A DNA stretch of 64,000 bases from Oculina patagonica (lineage: Eukaryota), in contig NC_135761.1 of NCBI RefSeq assembly GCF_052425735.1, forward strand, positions 34,038,001-34,102,000, given 5' to 3'. Under the pieces are notes generated by a model that saw only the letters and a list, made by a program, of their open reading frames with translations, ran no database searches and was not told the DNA's origin. Both the position numbers and the translations under genes were made by a program. Below are positions 60,692 to 64,000 of the stretch, in pieces (the stretch's first letter is position 1; each line of letters opens with the position of its first letter).

Positions 60692-62330
60692 ATTCACGTC
60701 TATATTTTTCTGGTATTTTTCTTGTTAACAGCCACAGTATTTGAGCTCTTTTAGCTCTGGATTACATTTGATCGGCTGAATATCCTTGGGGTCTTTGTCT
60801 TCTGAATTTCCATTTTTTTTTTTGCTTGGGACAGAAACTCGATTTAACTGTAAATATTAAACCAAATATAAAATTAAAGCACAACATATACGTTAAAAGT
60901 CTTAAATAAATAACTGTAATGTACTAATGGTGCATGCACAAAATTGAAATGGAAGACCTGACATTTATAATGAGTGGGTCATGTCAGAAATGTAAAAAAA
61001 CAACATTAAATGAATGAATGAAGGGATGAAGGAACAAACAAACGAACGAATAAAACCTTTTTTTGTAGTATCTAATAAAACCACAATAAAATAGTGATGG
61101 GACACTATTGAAATAAGAATAAAAAAATATACTATATATATGAGGCCTGACAACACAAAAGGGGTCTTAAAAATTAAGACACTTGTTATAATATTAATCC
61201 AATTTCTGTGCATACTGGAAGGTAGTGCATTGGGTTCTTTTGAGCCTTTTTAGTTGCAATGGAGACATTGCAACTTGTTATTACATTGTTTTCAACCTGA
61301 GCCTAGTTCTGGGAAGTTTTCTTGTGGTGATGAAGACAAAAACTTGTAAAAATAAATTTAGTTGATTTTGTGTGTTTTGTTGTTGTTGTTTTTTTTTCTT
61401 TGTTCAAGTAGCATGTTTATAGCACTTCAAGTCGCTTTTGTAAGGAATGTTCTTTTTGGCAGTTGACCTGTAGATGATTAAGGTTATCCACTCTGCAGTT
61501 CTGCCTTCTTGCATTCGTTGCATTTGTTTCCATATGCGCGACCAAGTGTTCGTTTTGTGCTTGGTAATTCATGCGGTCGAAATCGTTTCTTATCTGCATT
61601 ACAATGTCTATCCCAATATTCAACAAACAGGTTGTACCGCAACATTCCAAACGCAATTCGCGAACAAATCGAAACGGTCTTCTTGGCTACTTTTACAATG
61701 GTCTCTCGACGTAGAGGCGTTGCAAGCTCATTAACTCGTTTTCTTTGCCGATGCAAATCCACTTGCTGTTTGTCAAATTTATAGTGAAAACCTTCATCCA
61801 TAATTCGACACGACGAAAACTTCTTACAATGATGCAAAATGCCCCAACTAGATGGACGGACGTTGTAGAGCAGGGGTGACGTTTCTAAGTATTTTGTTTT
61901 GTTTCAATTACTACTATTTAGAATCACGTGCGTTTTAGTTAATTAAGAAAGACCAACATCAGCGAAGCCAGACTTCAAACTTAATTTGTTTTTGAATTGA
62001 AGTAAATTATACTTCAAATTCTTGAGGAGATCATGCTTTGTATATAGCCAGCTGGTCTGCCTCCTGCCAGCTGGGATTTTTAACCTTGTTATGTTCATTT
62101 AAAAAAATTGTTTCCTCTGTTTCAGTGGCATGCCTGCATTTAACTAGCTTTCTCGTAGAGATATGAAGCTGAGTGCATGGCCACTATAAGCAACATTTTT
62201 ATTTTTTCATTTCTTATGTCTGTTTCATAAAATTTGAGATTGAAGCTGGGATAAATTTTTTTTATATAAGTCTGATGTTTCTTTGAGTTGTAGCTGGGAT
62301 TAAAACTATTATATAGATATGATATGAGGA

Positions 62331-63719
62331 TTAAGTATTGTGGATAAGTTTTGAATGTAAGCGTTTGTTAGTAAGAAGCATGGTGTGGAGTTTTGTGGTG
62401 TTACAATAGGCTTTGGTGAGTTTGGGAATGTGCATGTTGTGGTATTTGTGTAGTATGTGGCGTACGACTTTGTCAGTTCTCGTATGTTTGTTGTATTTGG
62501 TGCGGTAGTAGATTGTCAAGTTGTTGTTTTGTCGTTTTTTGTTAGTACTACGTCGTTTGTGAGCGTTGTAGGGTAACCATGGAAAAGAGATGACTGTAAT
62601 CAGTTTGTAGTAAAAATGTAATGTAGTAATGTAGTAAATAATCAGTTTGTCAGGGTAGTCTAGTGCTGTTAATCGTAGGGTTAATAGTTTGTGGATGAAG
62701 TTGTAGTCCTCGATGATTTTTGATAGTCTGCTGTATTGTATAGTTTCTGTCTTTATGGTGCCAGTGAAAATGTGTTGTGGATGATTAGATGAAAAATGGG
62801 GGTTCATGTATTTGTGGTGTGTTTTTTGGTAGATGTGATGATGAATTTTGTGATGCATGATGGTGTGATAGTTGAGTGAGACTGTGAGGTCGAGGTAATG
62901 AATGGAATGAAAGTTGATAGTGAAAGTGATGGGGAGTTCTGTAGAGTTGTAAATTAAAGGAAATCGTATCATGTCTCGTTCTATAAAAATGTCTTTCAGT
63001 ATTAAAATAATATTGTCTAGTTCGGTGCCAAGTAACCGTAAAGGGTCAGAGGTAGTCCAGCTGTGTGCAGTAATGATTGGTCGTCCAGTCAGTTTGTCCA
63101 GGTTGGAAGGAGAGGCTGTAGTAGTAAGTTTTTGTGTACTTTGGGGAGAAGTTTCATGTAAGGTAGTTGGCAGTTTGTCTGGGGGGGGGGGGGTAGAGTT
63201 CAGTAGTCGTTTGTAAGGGGGGGTAGTAATTAGTTTGTCAAAACGTAATTGGAGTTTGCGTAATAGTCTGTTTGAGTTTATAACAGTTGTTTTGAAGTCA
63301 AAGTTGTCAATGCGTTTGTATGTAGTAGTGTCTTTAAAATGTCTGTTATATTCGTTGGTAAACCATGAAGTGGGAACAAGTGCGCAGCCCATGTTTTTGT
63401 CTGTCTTTGTAAGTACAATGTCGTCGCGCTTGCTGATTGATTGTATGTAGGTTGTGAGTGGTTGTGTGATGTTAAGGTGTTGTTGTTTGAGGAGTGTATG
63501 TAGGTTGTTAGATTGTAGGTAGTGTTTGGTGTATGAGGTGGTGTTGTGGACATAATCTTTGATGTGTAAATTAAAATTAGGTTGTGTTTGCTGTTGTTCT
63601 AGTAGCTTGATTGGGTTCTTTTTATAATAGGGCTGATATCTGTGGTTGTTTTTGTTCTTAGATGGTGGAGGAGCTTTCATAGATTTGCAGGTTCCTTTAC
63701 ACACAGTAGAAAATTGCAA
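62331..63719 (-). pseudogene. Penelope-like RT ORF with the catalytic core deleted and no C-terminal GIY-YIG
   Basis: TDKNMG, Y..HF.D..TY, GRPII, YLDLTV, IYQK...Y.HFSSNHPQHIF.G.IKTE..YSRLS are present. Motifs A, B and YxDD are absent. The coding strand is very A/C-rich. Confidence 0.8.
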
Positions 63720-64000
63720 TCAGAATACCCCTGACCTTCCCAAAATGATAGGGAGAACATTATAATATGCATGGCTATTATTTTTTTAAGTGCTTGAACC
63801 TAAAATGACCAAAAGTATTATCTTCCAAGCCATTGATTAAATGAATAAGAGATTCATTATGAACTAGTCTGCCTGTATTGCTTAATCGTTTGGCAGTGAA
63901 GTAGAGGCAGTATGTTTCGAATACTTTCATACCCCTTTGCGCTGGCCAAAGAACAGCACCATTTAATAACTAAGGGGTGAAATCTCATTCCTTTTGGTTT

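Larger units (their letters stand above)
60095..61802 (-). pseudogene. Split remnant of a Sola/DUF7869-like transposase: N-part ~61450-61802, second piece ~60095-60250
   Basis: CCGTTCLLNI...IRNDFDRMNYQAQNEHL and KMVYKLYKE...VCKSTF...WKKEFPDVIILK. A related SYTP..D.K.W...GH..PHQFK piece lies at ~50040-50230. Confidence 0.4.

Overview
Eukaryotic, AT-rich, transposon-dense DNA. Spliceosomal introns and the repeat repertoire suggest a marine invertebrate, probably a cnidarian such as a stony coral (inference). I see no rRNA, CRISPR or bacterial operon structure. The best-supported contents are: (1) an intact, very young Ty3/Gypsy (Mag-like) LTR retrotransposon at 37619-41994; (2) a complete 3.7-kb IS630/Tc1/mariner DD37E DNA transposon at 33706-37386 with ~98-bp TIRs, an intact paired-domain-like transposase and a convergent, decaying second gene (PB1-like, Zn-binding, coiled coil, UIM-like and SID-like tail); (3) one multi-exon host gene at ~21736-25220, absent from the ORF track as a whole, with symmetric phase-1 exons and three exon-encoded PSWFDxL repeats, whose candidate first exon is frameshifted by a 74-bp MITE; (4) a 719-bp TRIM-like miniature BEL/Pao LTR element; (5) a ~1.1-kb tandem array built from Helitron Rep fragments, and a Helentron/HINE-like element carrying a tRNA-like module. 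Degraded fragments of DIRS, Penelope-like, L2/CR1, RTE, piggyBac, hAT, Kolobok-like, Crypton and Tc1 elements and many MITEs fill the rest, in a locally duplicated and shuffled landscape. Family assignments come from motif recognition by eye; no database search was run.
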